From the NCBI RefSeq assembly GCF_009914755.1, contig NC_060947.1: 64,000 nucleotides of DNA. One strand, 5' to 3'. Within the stretch, counting starts at the first letter, position 1; each line of letters starts with the position of its first letter. The translations under genes were made by a program, and so were the position numbers. The notes below the pieces were generated by a model. The model searched no databases. It was not told where the DNA came from and was given only the letters and a program-made list of their open reading frames with translations. Source of the stretch: the human T2T-CHM13v2.0 reference genome, Homo sapiens. Below are positions 13,900 through 27,189 of the stretch, in pieces.

Positions 13900-14770
13900 G
13901 ATCTATGTGAAGAGAGGACTGGTTGAGAGGGATCCAGAGATGCTTCCTGGAAGAAGTGATATTTGAAAAGAGTACTGATTCATGGCTTGTGTGAGAATTG
14001 GGGCGCATTATTTGGGGTCAAGGACATCAGTTAGAAGGCTATTTTAGGAATCCAGTTGAGATATCAGCAGGGAGATAAAGAGAAGCAGACATAGTCGGCT
14101 AATATTAAAGAAGTAGAAATTTCAAGACTTGCTTGTTGATTAGATATTTAGGGGACAGTGGGTGGAGAGTGTCAAGAAAAAGGTCTAGGTGCCTAATTTG
14201 CATGATGAAGCATATGATAGTAGATTAGGTGGAAAAGCATGTTTGTTTCTTCTAGAATGGTGGAAGAGATTTCTTCTAGAAGTTTATTTCTTCTAGAATG
14301 GTGAAAGAGATTTCGAGTTGGAGTTAACTGTGGTACATCAAAGTGGAGATGTACAATGAGGCAACTGGATTTGTGGGACATGGACTCAGAAAAGAGAAGA
14401 TAAAGATTTAGAGGTTATTGGCAAAGAAGTTGCAACCATGAGTGTGGACCACATTGCTCAGGAATGGCATCTTCAAATTAGACTATGAGAAGAGGACCAG
14501 GAACTAAACTAAAAAAGACTAACTCCAAAGAAGTAAGCCAAGGAGGAGCCAGGAAGAAGACTGAGCAGAAATAGGTATCAGTGGCTTTAACTATGGGGAA
14601 GTGAGGACCACTGAAGCAAAGGGCAGGAAAAATACCTTGAACAAAATGAATCTGCATCCTCAACAAGTGGAATTCATGGGAGATAGGCTGAGGATGACAC
14701 TACAGGTTTAAAGTTTAGCACAAGTAAAGGCATAGAAGGTGAACTGGGGAAGGTGCCAAGGCCAAAATTT
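13900..14770 (-). mobile_element. L2 fragment
   Basis: gcttcctggaagaagtgatatttga, gagatgtacaatgaggcaactggat L2 antisense motifs. Confidence 0.6.
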
Positions 14771-14789
14771 CAGTGAACAAAATTGAGCA

Positions 14790-15384
14790 TTTTCCAGCAT
14801 GGAGATTTCTCAAAGAACTAAAAATAGAACTACCATTTGATTCAGCAATCCTACTACTGGGTTTCTCCTGAAATGAAAATAAATCATTATTTTTTTAAAA
14901 TGCCTGCACTCACATGTTTATCACAGCACTAGTTACAATAGCAAAGTCACAGAATCAACCTACATGTCCATCAACGGATGACTGGATAAAGAAAATGTGG
15001 TGTATGTATACACCATCGAATACTACCCAGCCATAAAAAGAATGAAGTCATGTTTTTTTGCAGGAAGATGGATGGAACTGGGGGCTATTATCTTAAGTGA
15101 AATAGCTCAGTATCAGAAAGACAAATACCACATGTTCTCACTTAGAAGTGGGAGCCAAACAATGGATACACATGAACATACAGGGAGAAATAACAGACAT
15201 TGGAGACTTCAAAAGGTGGGAGAGTGGGAGACGGATGAGGATTGAAAAATTACGTATTGGCTACAGTGTTTACTCTTTGGGGGGATGGGTACACTAAAAG
15301 CCCAGACTTCACCACTAGGCAATATATGCATGTAAGAAATCTGGACTTCTACCCCCTAAATATATAAAAACAATTTTAAAAAAC
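14790..15384 (+). mobile_element. 5'-truncated L1PB-like element with target-site duplication
   Basis: ORF2 C-terminal remnant (YYPAIKR...WMELGAIILSEIAQ...KYHMFSL) and 3'UTR. CAAAATTGAGCA at 14778-14789 and 15385-15396. Confidence 0.85.
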
Positions 15385-15609
15385 CAAAATTGAGCACATT
15401 TTCTCTGAAAGCAACTTGCCATTATTTGCTACCCTGCCAAAAAGACTTAGTGTGGCTTTCCCTCTTTTGGAACCAATGTAAGCATCACTATTTTTTCCCT
15501 TGGCCTGTGGATCCGAGGGAGCAGCGTCCATCCTTTGTGCCTTCCTCAAATCCTTCCTGCACAGCCACTGCTGGCCTCTGAGAAGGATGGAAACTGATGC
15601 TGGGCCCAC

Positions 15610-16145
15610 AGTATTCCAAACTTACCATGATCTGGCCCAAATATATATTCCCATCTTATCTTTTTCTTTCTTGTATCCAATCCCAGCTCCATCAAAATAG
15701 AATTATTCACTGATTCCCTTCTAATCCGTCTGGTTTCTTACCACTGTGCCTATATCATGCTGTTCTCTTCCTGGCAGTCCCTACACCCACCCAGCTCCTA
15801 TTTCTTCAAATTCTACTCATCCTTCCTTGGTCAGTTTCATATAGCATGAAGTCATCCCACATCCCCCAAACAGCAAACAGATCTGAATCTTTTCTCTAGG
15901 CTACCAGAGCATTTTACTCTTTCATGGCATGAATCCTACTTTGCTATGTATTTGGAATTAGCCATGTCTGTTTTAAATTCCTCCCTCTTAGACCATGATG
16001 AATTCCTTGAGGCTCTGGACCATATCCTGCCTTTCTTTATATCTTATCCATCAGCACTAAGCACAGTGCCTGGCGCATATGAAATATTTAATAAATGCTT
16101 ATATACTGAATAAATGAATGAAGAAATGAATGAAGAAATGATTCG
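15610..16145 (+). mobile_element. L2 3' end
   Basis: gcacagtgcctggcgcata...aataaatgctt...gaataaatgaatgaa tail. Confidence 0.75.
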
Positions 16146-17104
16146 TGGAAGAGCCCAGTGATAATCTCAGACAGAGAACTTTCTCTTATCTGGCTTCCAG
16201 ATTCCAAATGGAGTCTTATTACAAGTCGTGGATCTTGTCTTATTCCAGTAAGAAAAAGGTTTTGCAACCATGTCATGTTGAATCTCTCAATGGTCATGTG
16301 CATAGTTACTCATTTTCTGTGTTTTCCTTTCTCCATATCCAACTGTAAGCTAATGCTATGTTATAGGAGAAAGAGCCTGGCTTGGGTATGGGATAAAGTT
16401 GGATTTGAATTCTGATACTATCTTTTACTCACTCTCTGTGATTCTAGAACAGGTCACTTGCCCTCTCTGTGTTCTGTAAACAGGAGTGTCCATCTCTGAC
16501 TTGCCTCCCTTCCAATACTGCTGTGAGGCCCCAGAAAGATACGGAATATACAGCTTCTTTGCAAACCATAGACTCTGGGCATAGGTGAGGAATTATCATA
16601 GTGAGGTAATTAATATGGCTTGAAAGAAGGAAATGTAGATCCTGTCCTGGTTGGACCAGGCTGCATTTTTAGTCACTATGCTGGCTCTTGCAGAGCTCTG
16701 GGACATGGCTTTGGGTTATGTAGATGACACTTGTTAATGACAACAGTCTATAGGGGGAAAAACTCAGTTACGCTGGGGAATCCAAGGTAGCTAGATTGGC
16801 TAGTGGCAAGCAGAGAACAGACTCTGCCTGGAATTGGTAATGAGATCGCCGAAATGGAAGAGAAAATTGAGCCAAAGTGTAAATGTTCAAGCAGTTTAGG
16901 GAAGGGGTGTGTGTGTGTGTGTGCATGCATGCATGCACACATATGTCCGATGGGGAGCAGGGGTCTTTAAGAGCAATGAGTCTTGTCATTTGCATAATAG
17001 CTCTTGACAATTTGCAAAGCATTATCATAGCCACCATCTCTGAGGTCAGAGAACAGTATCTCCTTTTCCAAGATAACTTCAACTAGACCACCATCTTAGT
17101 CTTG

Positions 17105-17200
17105 ACCTTTCCTTCCCTTCCTTTCTCTTCTCTTCCCTTTTCCTTCCCTTTGTTTTCTTTCTCTTCCCTTTCCTTCCATTTCTTTTCTTTCCCTTTCTCT
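17105..17200. repeat. CT-rich simple repeat
   Basis: (CTTTC/CTTCC)n polypyrimidine run. Confidence 0.8.
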
Positions 17201-18131
17201 CAGTCAATATCTCCATCCAATCTCAGTTCCCTGAGGATGGTTGTAGAAACTGAGTCTCAGAGAGTGAGAGGAGCAGAGATGGAACATGAATTTTAGGCTG
17301 ATGCCCTATTTTTCTTTAGTATTTACCTTTTTTATTGTGTATAAAACCAGTAAAGCCCATTGTAAAATGTTTGAGAGGAGAGGAAAACCCAGACACGTAT
17401 GAAGAAGAAAACGTCAGTCATCCATAATGATCAATATTGGGTCCATATTTCCTTCCAGCTTTTTTTCTATGCAATTTGACATGCTTGAGATTCTGCTAAA
17501 TGTAAATTTATAAATTCCAGTATACTTTCCACTGCATCATGATCTGTTGGTTTCCTTTTCTACACTAGGCATTGCCTCTTCCAAACTTCTGTAGCCTTTA
17601 AAGCCCCACTTGTCAAATAGGGTGTGTAGTAATGCCCCCTTGGCTTCTTGCAGCTGAAGTGAGAATCCTTTGAGATTCTAAGGGCAAGGGTATTTTGGAA
17701 ATCTCAGCATGTGATTTGTGGAGGGGGTCTCAAGTGCAGGGTTTGGGGTTGAACAGCAATAGCCTACTCTGGCTCCTTCTCAAGTAAGCGCCCCTGTCCA
17801 CTCACTGGAGATGAATGTTTCCAGGAGCCTCCCTGCTAAGCACTCCTTTGAGCAGTCTGGCTATGTCTTCACCCTCTCATCCTTTCCCCCTTTGTCCTTT
17901 CTCTCCTGTCTCCACTTCGACCTCAAGTGACCCTTAAGCAATAACCTGCAATGGTGAGTGGGATTTGATGATATTAAATATAACTTGAGAGCACAAGCAG
18001 GACATCTTGTACTTTTCCAAACTCATAGTTTAAAAAACACATAATAACATTTATTCTCTCATATTTGTTTTTGTCGCTATTGGGTTAATTCTTGTTCTGC
18101 AGATGTTTGTGTTACAAACTGACTATTCTTA

Positions 18132-18508
<377 letters not shown>

Positions 18509-18921
18509 AAACTGACTATTCTTAATGTATCTGTAGATGAGAGAAACTGAAAAAAAGAGATCCCAATAGTAAGAGTTAGAATATGCATGGAATATTAACT
18601 TACTGATTAATGGATTTTAATCTATTATTATCTTATACTTTCAGTAGTGGCAAGTTCTTCATTGAGGGAGGTGGAGAGGTGTGATGGTTACTGGTGGCTT
18701 AGTCTCCTGGGAACTTAGCTCACTGGGGATGCCAGATCAATGCATCCTTGATGTGGGTTTCTGACATTGGAGTGAATAAGGTTCTGATGATTAGGTGACC
18801 TGAGGAGGGAAGGGAAAAGACTGTTTCTCTCTCCCAGCTACTCATGTCTTTGATCAATAAAACTGTGGTTATGTAGCTACTCATATTCATTTTATACATC
18901 AAATATTAATCCCATAGCACA

Positions 18922-19210
18922 CAGCAGTATTTCTCAATGTGTGATCTATAAATTATCCATATCAGAAGCACTTTAGTCGAGGCCTGGGGGTCTGCATTTG
19001 AAAAGTATCCCAGATGATGCAGATGCACACCAAAATCTGATCCCCAATGCTCCAGTCTCTCAAGTACTCTGTGAGAAAAAAAAGATGCCATGGTTAGGGA
19101 AGTTTCGAACACATTGCCTACTATATCCACCTCTGAAGAGGTTCATAATGCACATTAGCATATTAAAAGCTCTGAAAAATCTTTCAGTAACAGAACAATC
19201 TTATGTCCAC
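18922..19210. mobile_element. MER5A-like and adjacent hAT-Charlie remnants
   Basis: cagtatttctcaatgtgtg, tctgcatttgaaaagtatcccagatgatgc, ataatgcacattagcatattaaaagctctga. Confidence 0.55.
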
Positions 19211-19299
19211 TAACATAAGATTAATTAAATTATGATACACATACAATAAACTCCTATACTGTATTTTTTTAAAATGAGGTAGCCCTCAAAGAACTAACA

Positions 19300-19550
19300 G
19301 GCAGCTTGGTGTAGATGTTAAGAGCATAGATTCTGGCACCAGATAGACCTGAACTCAAATCCAACCTCTGCCATTAAATAACTGTAATCTTAGGAAAGTC
19401 CTCTGAGCTGTTTTCTTTTCTCTACAGTGGGAATAATAACAATAGTCTTCATCTCATGGAAGTTATTATGAGTTTTAACTGAATGAAAATATGAAGTATT
19501 TATAGAATTGTATTTGGTACGTGGAAAGTGTACAGTAATTATTAGCTCTT
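19300..19550 (+). mobile_element. MIR
   Basis: ttaagagcatagattctggcaccagatagacctgaactcaaatcc. Confidence 0.7.
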
Positions 19551-19789
19551 ATGATCACTGACATGGGAAAATGCCCATGATATATTGTTAAATCAAAAGC
19601 AAGGCCAAGAACAATACATATAGCTTGCTTTCATTTGTGTTAATAAATTGTACATCATAAATAATTTCAAAGATAAGTGTGGAAGGATACTCAGTATTCT
19701 GTTAACAGTGATTACCTTTGGGGTTAGGTACTGGGAGGGAGGAACGCTGTCAATTTTCACTTTACATACTTTGGTAAGTTTTTTTTGTA

Positions 19790-20097
19790 TTTTTCTCCCC
19801 AGCTTTATTAAGAGGTAATTGACAAACAAAATTGTATATATTTACAATGTACAATGTGACATTTTGATATATGCCTACATTGTGAAATGATTGAATCAAG
19901 CTATTTAACATATCCATTACCTCACATAGTTAGTATGTGTGTGTGGTGAGAATATTTAAGATATACTCTTAGCAATTTTCAAGTATACATTATTAATAAC
20001 TGTAGTCACTATGCTGTAGAATAGATCTCCAGAATTTCTTCTTCCTAACTGAAACTTTATATCCTTTGACCAACATCTCTCCATTTCCCCTCCACCT
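19790..20097 (-). mobile_element. L1MA-type 3' end
   Basis: agctttattaagaggtaattgacaaacaaaattgtatatattt...tgattgaatcaagcta. Confidence 0.8.
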
Positions 20098-20129
20098 TTT
20101 GTTTTTATTTATTTTTTAAAGATAACACA

Positions 20130-20830
20130 CATCAGGGAGATAAAAGGAATTTTGCCCAGAATGGAACCCAGTATGGCCTGGATAATGGAAAATAATCAAG
20201 TGTTAGCACGGTTCTCTCTTGTTTCCAGAGAGGCACATTCAGCTACATTTAGCTTTTATTGTTTAAATTTTTTTATTTTTGCCAGCCTCACCATTCTTCT
20301 GACTCATCCAGCTGTCTGCCTACTGATCTCCTCTGCCTTCTGTATGCTGACGGCTGCTCTGTATATAAGCCTGTCTTTGTACATGTGAATTTTGAATTCC
20401 TAATGCTGGACATTGCATTTCACAGAGGTCAGCCCATGCTCCAGCCTACTGAGATTGTTTTGGATCCTGAGTCTCCCATCCAATCTGTTAGCTAGATCCT
20501 CTAGCTTCCCAGCATCCTCACTCTCAGAGAGCATGCCATCTGTCTGAGCTGTTGGATAAGAATGGTGACTTGACTGACACTGATGTAAAGATCTGTGACC
20601 TATCACTAGAGACACTGATCCACATATCAGCAGCCACCTGCTACCTCTGGTGTCTCACCTGCAGTCTGTATTTCTTCACTTTATCTATAAAAGGCTCATG
20701 AGAGTCTAAGTCAAAAGCCTTGTTAAAATCCAGATGCATCCTGTCTACAGCATTCTCCTGATCTACAAGCCTTGTAACCTTATCAGAAGAGTAAATTAAG
20801 TTAGTTCTGCCATGACTTGTTTTCCTAAAG
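20130..20830 (-). mobile_element. CR1/L3 LINE, reverse-transcriptase remnant
   Basis: Minus strand of about 20711-20749 reads VDRMHLDFNKAFD. ORF 20400-20615 gives DAGKLEDLANRLDGRLRIQNNLSRLE, similar to the CR1 RT segment after FADD. Confidence 0.8.
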
Positions 20831-21229
20831 GCCCTACTTAGTGTTATTACTAAAAAAGATTTGATTTGAGCCCAATTGTGGTTTCAATTTAGACATATTT
20901 ACTGTATTTCCCTACCTGCTCAGTGTCCCTCCCTGTCCCTCCAAGGCTTGCCTGGTGGCTGGAGTTAATTGGATGCATAAATTCATGCAAAAGGACTAAT
21001 GGAAAACAAGGGCTTATGTGTACTGTTTGCAATGTAGTAGCAAGAAAGAATTGCTCAAAAAGTAGAAATGTTGACATATATGTGTGAATTTTGGATTCCT
21101 AGTCCTTGACATTGCATCATGATAGATTGAGGGCCTATTTTGGCTAGAGGAGGATTTTGATGCTCTTTACAATACAACAGGAAGGTTGTTTATCATTCTA
21201 CCTATGACCTGGGCTTAGTAATGGAGATC

Positions 21230-21703
21230 TATATTAGTTTCCTAGGGCTGCTGTAACAAACGATCACAAATTTTATGGCTTAACACAATAGAAATTTATT
21301 ATCTCAAAGTCCGGAGGCCAAAAGTCCGATATGTTTCCTGAGCCAAGATCAAGGTGCTGGCAGGGCTGAGCTCCCTTTGGAGGCTCTAGGGGAGAATGCA
21401 TCTTTTGCCCCTTCCCACTTCTGATGGTTGCTGGCATTCTTTGGCTGGTGGCCACGCCACTCCAATCACTGCCTCCATGGTCACATTGCCTTCTCTTCTT
21501 CTGTCTGCAATCTCTCTCTGACACACTTATAAGGGCACTTGTGATTGCATTTAGGGCCCAGCTGGCTAGTCCAAGATAATCTGTCTATATCAAGATGCTT
21601 AATTTAATCACATCTGCAAAGTCTCATAGAAGATAATATTCACATGTTCTTGGGAATAGAATGTGGATTTTATGGGAGGGGGAGCATTATTCAGCCTAAC
21701 ACA
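21230..21703 (-). mobile_element. MLT1B/C-type MaLR solo LTR
   Basis: tatattagtttcctagggctgctgtaacaa start, attcagcctaacaca end. Confidence 0.85.
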
Positions 21704-24700
21704 AAGACTAATAACAAATTACTAATGCCTTCCCCTGACATACTCTCCTCAGCCCCTTGGTTTATCTAAGTATGAAGGAGACAACTGGAATAGAGAAAAG
21801 CAAAATTTTGCAGAAGATGCCACTAGACTTTCTTTCCTCTTCTGGCCCCTGGTGGTATATCCAGCTGCAGATCTGTTCATGTACCTGTCCGGTTTCTGAC
21901 CATACACACTCTGCTGGGAAACAGTGCAGTATAATCCACTCCTGAAATTCATCTTTGCCAGTTTTCACTCATTTGGGTGGCTTTCGACCTCCACAGCATA
22001 ATTGCTGACGCAGGTTGAAACTTTAACGGGGGGAAAGATTGATTGGCTCACCAATAACATTTGTCTCTTGGGCTGGCATTGAGCGCAGAGGAACCATTTA
22101 TGCAATCTAATTATTACGTCAATTGGGGGATGGAGTAATGTTTCCCAGATGCCATTTGGCACCTGGAAAGCTGCAAATCAGCACTATCATATAAGAAACA
22201 TTAATATAGACCATTGATTGGATTCATTGATCCTATCCCTTCCCCCTACCGCCTTTAGCTTCTTACTTTGGTTTGGAGTGAAACGCAAAAGCTTTGCTTT
22301 GCTTCTCCTAGCTGCCATGTTCAGACAGGTGATCGGATTGATTAGATGTATTTTACAATTAAATGTACTTAAGGAATCATGTGCATTTCTGAATCATTTT
22401 CCCCTTTCCTGACCTTGAATCATTCAAAATATCTGTGGCCAGTAGGACTGAGATCTAGGCTCCAAAGGAAGCCAAAACAGGAGGGAAGAGCAAGGGGCAA
22501 AGTGCTGTTTGCAATTCCTGCATCCTGAGCCTGTATAATATGTCCTCAGAACTTTTCACTAGGCTTTTCAGGTTCATTGTTGGAACAGTTTCTTGGTGTT
22601 AGATCATTGTAAGCCCCCAAGAGGGCTTAATTTTTTATTTTTAATGATTCTTTTTATTAGTAACTAAGTAATCTGTTGGGATTAACCTCAACAGAGTGCA
22701 GGGCCCTAGAGCCCAAGGAAAGAGGATGTTAGGATATTGGGGAGGTTTATTATAACCTCTTTAATCTTCATTTCCCTTCCACAAATTCTTTTCCCTCTTG
22801 TAGGCAGATCCCTGCAATATTTTTAAGTGACAAAGTCTTTCATTCCACAATTGGAAACAAAGCTTAAAATGTAGCTAATCCAGGGAGAAGGAACATAGCT
22901 ACTTAAATTTATACTAATGAGTAAATGACTGCTACTACAGACGCCTAGATGATCTATTAGATTTGGAAAGGGCTTCACAGCCCCGAGCCTAAACTTGTTA
23001 TTTTAAGGAAGGGAGGACTGAGAATTGACTTGCCCAAGGTCTTACATAAATTTTGAAGTATAGTTTTTTTTCTGAAAGAAAGTTTTAATAGAGGAGCACC
23101 TTAAGGGGCATTGTAAACAGACATTTGTGACCAGTTTTACCAAGGGCTAGGTCTGGGGGATTCCAAAGCCAACTATAATCTCAGGTCTATTTTTAAAGGT
23201 AGTCTATCACCAGTGCTTAAAACACACTCTTCCCTTTGGCTCTGCCCTGGTGGGATTCACCAAAAGTTCATGTGTCTTATTCCTTTTTGTTATCTTAGTA
23301 TCTAGTTGAGTGTCTGCCTCACAAAAGGCATTCAGTGAGTGTTTGATGTAAGACTGAATGTTTCCAGAAACAGGGAAGGCTTTTCACTGTACCCTCCATA
23401 CTCTCTCATTCTGCCTCCTGTGTACACATTGCTTAAATAGCTGTTCAGGTTAGAGATTTTGCCCTTGGGTGGGACTAATAATTGTGTCAATGATCAGAGA
23501 CCAAAGTGAAGAAGGCTATCCAACTTACCCAGGATCGAACCCACAACCCTAGACTTCCTTAAAGCATATGAGGAGATAGTCAGACTATAGTCTGAGATGT
23601 TAGAAGTGAATATTATGGAATCCATGTATCTCTGAAGGCCAGAGTCACCAAGTCTATATCTCTGATCATTGCGGGCATCCTAAGTCAGGGAATGCAGGTT
23701 GCAAGTGGGAGCCGGCACACCTTCTCCAATAAGCTTCTCTTACTTTCTTGGGAGGAACCCCTCCCTGGTTGTGGTTGGGGCTACAGAGAAAGAGTAAAGA
23801 GGGAACCATAGGGTTGTGGACAAGCTACTCAGATACTCATGGCTTGTGGGAAGGAAGGGTTTGATCGGTCAGGATCAGCCCTTAGCTTTAATCTCATAGT
23901 GCCCATGCCCACCAATTCTACTTGCTTATTGTCTCCTTCGCTGGTTCACCTGCACTCACCTGCAGGGACTGGGCCCAGGCATGGCCCCTGGCCCCAAGCA
24001 TGCCTACCTCTCTCTGAGCTGACTCGATTAAGTCCCACTGCTCATGCCTTCTGTGTTCATGGCAAAAGTTTTCAGTCAGGGATGACAATGAAGAGACAAG
24101 GCAGCCCTTGGGGCAGGGCTACCCATCAGCCCTAGACGAAAACAAGATCCAGCAGCAAAGCCCATTCCTGTTGGCTGATGGCTTGGCATTGGCTGAGAGT
24201 CCAGAGAGCCTTCAGTTGGCCTGAACCAATGAAAAGGAGCCAAAGATACAGTCTCTCTTGCCATTAAAGAGATATTTCCACCTATGATTGGCCCCAGGAT
24301 ACTTCACCTCAGGGTTCTCCTATTGGCCTGGAATAGCATGCTGGCAGCTAGGGCACCCTGTGGTGAGCAGGCACCTACGTAGGCATGCAGTAAAGCACAG
24401 CCTGCTGCTGGGCACTCAGGGGACAGGCAGATAGAGGAGGAGGTATCAAGATCCTCTCTCTGCTTAACTGGTGACATCTTGGGGTCCACCAACTTCTCCT
24501 TTTTGTGCCTTTCCCCTCTGGCTGGGCCTGCTTGCTCTCCTGGTCCCATTCCCCAAAGGACTTCGATTCCCAGGTATGGTGGTGACTGGCAACACAGGGT
24601 AAGATGTAGCTTTTTCTTAGGGTTATTTGCATTGTTGTAGGGGATCCTGAAATCTGAAAAGTGGTGGTGGTCCAAAGAAATTATAGGTTCATAGAATTTT

Positions 24701-25489
24701 GGTGCCAAAAGGGAACTTTGAAATAGTTCCCATTTTACAGATGAGGAAGAAAACTGAGATGGACTCCAAGAAGTAATAGAATTTAGTCAAAATCATGTAG
24801 CTAGTTAGTGGCAAGTCTCCTGACCATAGGCAAGGACATTTCTGATGCATCCCAAATGAATCTTAAACTGTGGTATTTCATGTACATTTCTACTGTTTTT
24901 CAAACCACTGATTTTCTGTCCTAACGAAACTCCTAGCCTCACTGGGGAGATCTTCAGATCACAAATTAATGGCTTAATTAACATTTACAACAAGTTTTTG
25001 GCTGTGTCTTCAGTGTATGAAGAAGGGGGCTTGTGACATGGGCTTTCTCTCTGTTTACCCTCTTCTTGTACCAACCCACAGTAGTCAGATGACTGTGACC
25101 AGGGCTCTGGAGTCATGTAATCTGCTATCTAGCTAGGAAGTTGTCCAACTGGTGACTCTGTGATGTTTGAGCCATCACTGTGCAAGATGCAGCAGAGAAG
25201 CAAGTCAGTTACTAAATGCAAAAAGGTCTGAGTCTAAGCTACTGCCATATTAATACCAGTGCTTCGTTTTTCATGCATTTAGCCTCCAAATCCCCTTTAA
25301 GTTAGAGACCTGGGTTTATTTGTTCATATATTAGGTGGGACCCTGAACAGTCCTGAAATCCTGGCCCTGGGTAGCTCTGTATTATCAACAACAATGATAA
25401 GTATAAAGGGTTTGGGATTACTCAATCCAGCTTTCCCCCATTGTGTCTGTTTTCTTCATGCTTCTACCTTTCTCATTCCCCTTTTCCTT

Positions 25490-25770
25490 ATCCTTTAAAG
25501 GCCAATTTAAGTCCTGCCTTCTCCAGGAGCCTCCCCTTACTAGTGCTGCCCACATCAGTCTTTCCCTCTTTTGGCTTCTTACTGTCCTTCCAGCCTATCC
25601 CTCAAAGTGACATTTCATTATATTCCATTTGTATTTATCACTATTGGTTCCATATATATCAACCTCATCTTCTCAACAAGAGTATAAGTTCCATAAGGGC
25701 AGGGTACACATTTTATCCTTGCTAAGTGTGCCCCACAATGTCTGATGGATGTTCAAATTAGACTAGAATG
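25490..25770 (+). mobile_element. L2 3' fragment
   Basis: ccttctccaggagcctccc...taagttccataagggcagggtac. Confidence 0.6.
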
Positions 25771-26012
25771 ATAGCTTTTGTGGTGACATGGGAAATGCTC
25801 ACAATATACTTAAGTGTCTAACTCAAAATACAAAAGTCTATGATCACAATTTTATAAAGACATGGAAAATAAAAGCAAGCAAGCAGAAAGGTAATACACG
25901 CAAATGTGTGAGAGGTGGGTGGGATGATAGGCAAGTCTAAATATTTATATATTTACCTGACTTTTCAAAGTTTCAACAAGGAGCATGTATTACTCTTATG
26001 AGAAAAAAACAA

Positions 26013-26198
26013 GGTGGGGTGGGGGGAGGGGGGAGGGATAGCATTGGGAGAGATACCTAATGCTAGATGACGAGTTAGTGGGTGCAGCGCACCAGCATGG
26101 CACATGTATACATATGTAACTAACCTGCACAATGTGCACATGTACCCTAAAACTTAAAGTATAATAAAAACAAAACAAAACAAACAAAAAAAAACAAA
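26013..26198 (+). mobile_element. Young, heavily 5'-truncated L1PA2 3' end
   Basis: Near-perfect L1 3'UTR with GACGAGTTAG and CTTAAAGT (not the Ta ACA/G alleles). A-rich tail. Possible target-site duplication AAAAAAACAA. Confidence 0.88.
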
Positions 26199-27189
26199 GA
26201 TTATTTAAAAGAGAATCATAGATTTATGAGCTCTGGAAAGCAGAGCAGAAACAGATGAAAGAGCTCACGTAAGTCCTGTCTTATTGTTTTAAGATTGAAA
26301 AGCCTGGGGCAGAGCTATGGGAGATGCCTAGCTGGTAACTCAGTTTCCATCTTCTAGGAGCAAACAACCCAGTTTCCTGAAGCTCTAAGGCTGAGCCTCC
26401 TAACCTCTCCTCAAATCCACCTTCCCCTGAGCTTCTCCTCTAGGCATCGGTCCTGGAACTGCGTGGTTTTCTCCTGATGAGGTCTCCCATGACTCTTTGG
26501 TGTCTCCTGGGTTGGGAAGCCTGAAGGTTTGGCTTTGACTCTGTTCTAGTCCCTTGCTAGCCTCTCCTGGAACTCACTGCTTTGCCTCTGAAGCATCCCA
26601 GGACAATAAGCTATATAGTATCCACACTCCCAGGTGGCTGGAAGTAAAAAAACACCTAGCTGTACCCTTTCCTAGAAATATATACTTACTGCACTCTGAG
26701 TACTTGCTGGGAAGGGTGATCTCGAACTAATTCCACTCAATACCTTTGCAAAGCCTTGCTGAGAGCAATACTATTTAAGGAGGGCCACCTGAAATTGGTG
26801 CTTGAAGCCCATCCATTCCTTTCCAACTGGACCCAAAAGACTAGCCCCAGGTACCTGCCATGCCCATAACTTTCCCTTCTAGTTAGGCCTACCTCACTCA
26901 TAGCCAGGAAAAAGGGCTGGATGGATGTTTTATGCAGAAGAGTGGCCCAGGGATTGCCACTTAACCCCAGGCAGGCCATCCATGATCTGGTAGCAGACCT
27001 ATGTGGTGGATTTTTCTATTAGTGTTCCTCTTGCCAGCGATGGATTCTGATGTGCCCACAATTGGTTAAAGTGATGAAGACTCTTGTTAAATGCACATTT
27101 GTCACTTGAGATGATAAACACATGTAATTCATTGTGTACATCTATGTTTCCATCCTTCCATCCATCCACCAAACAAGCATTGGGCTCCT

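Noticed and set aside
26013-26198. Possible active-family L1HS-Ta insertion
   Set aside because: It has GAG and A at the diagnostic positions rather than ACA and G.
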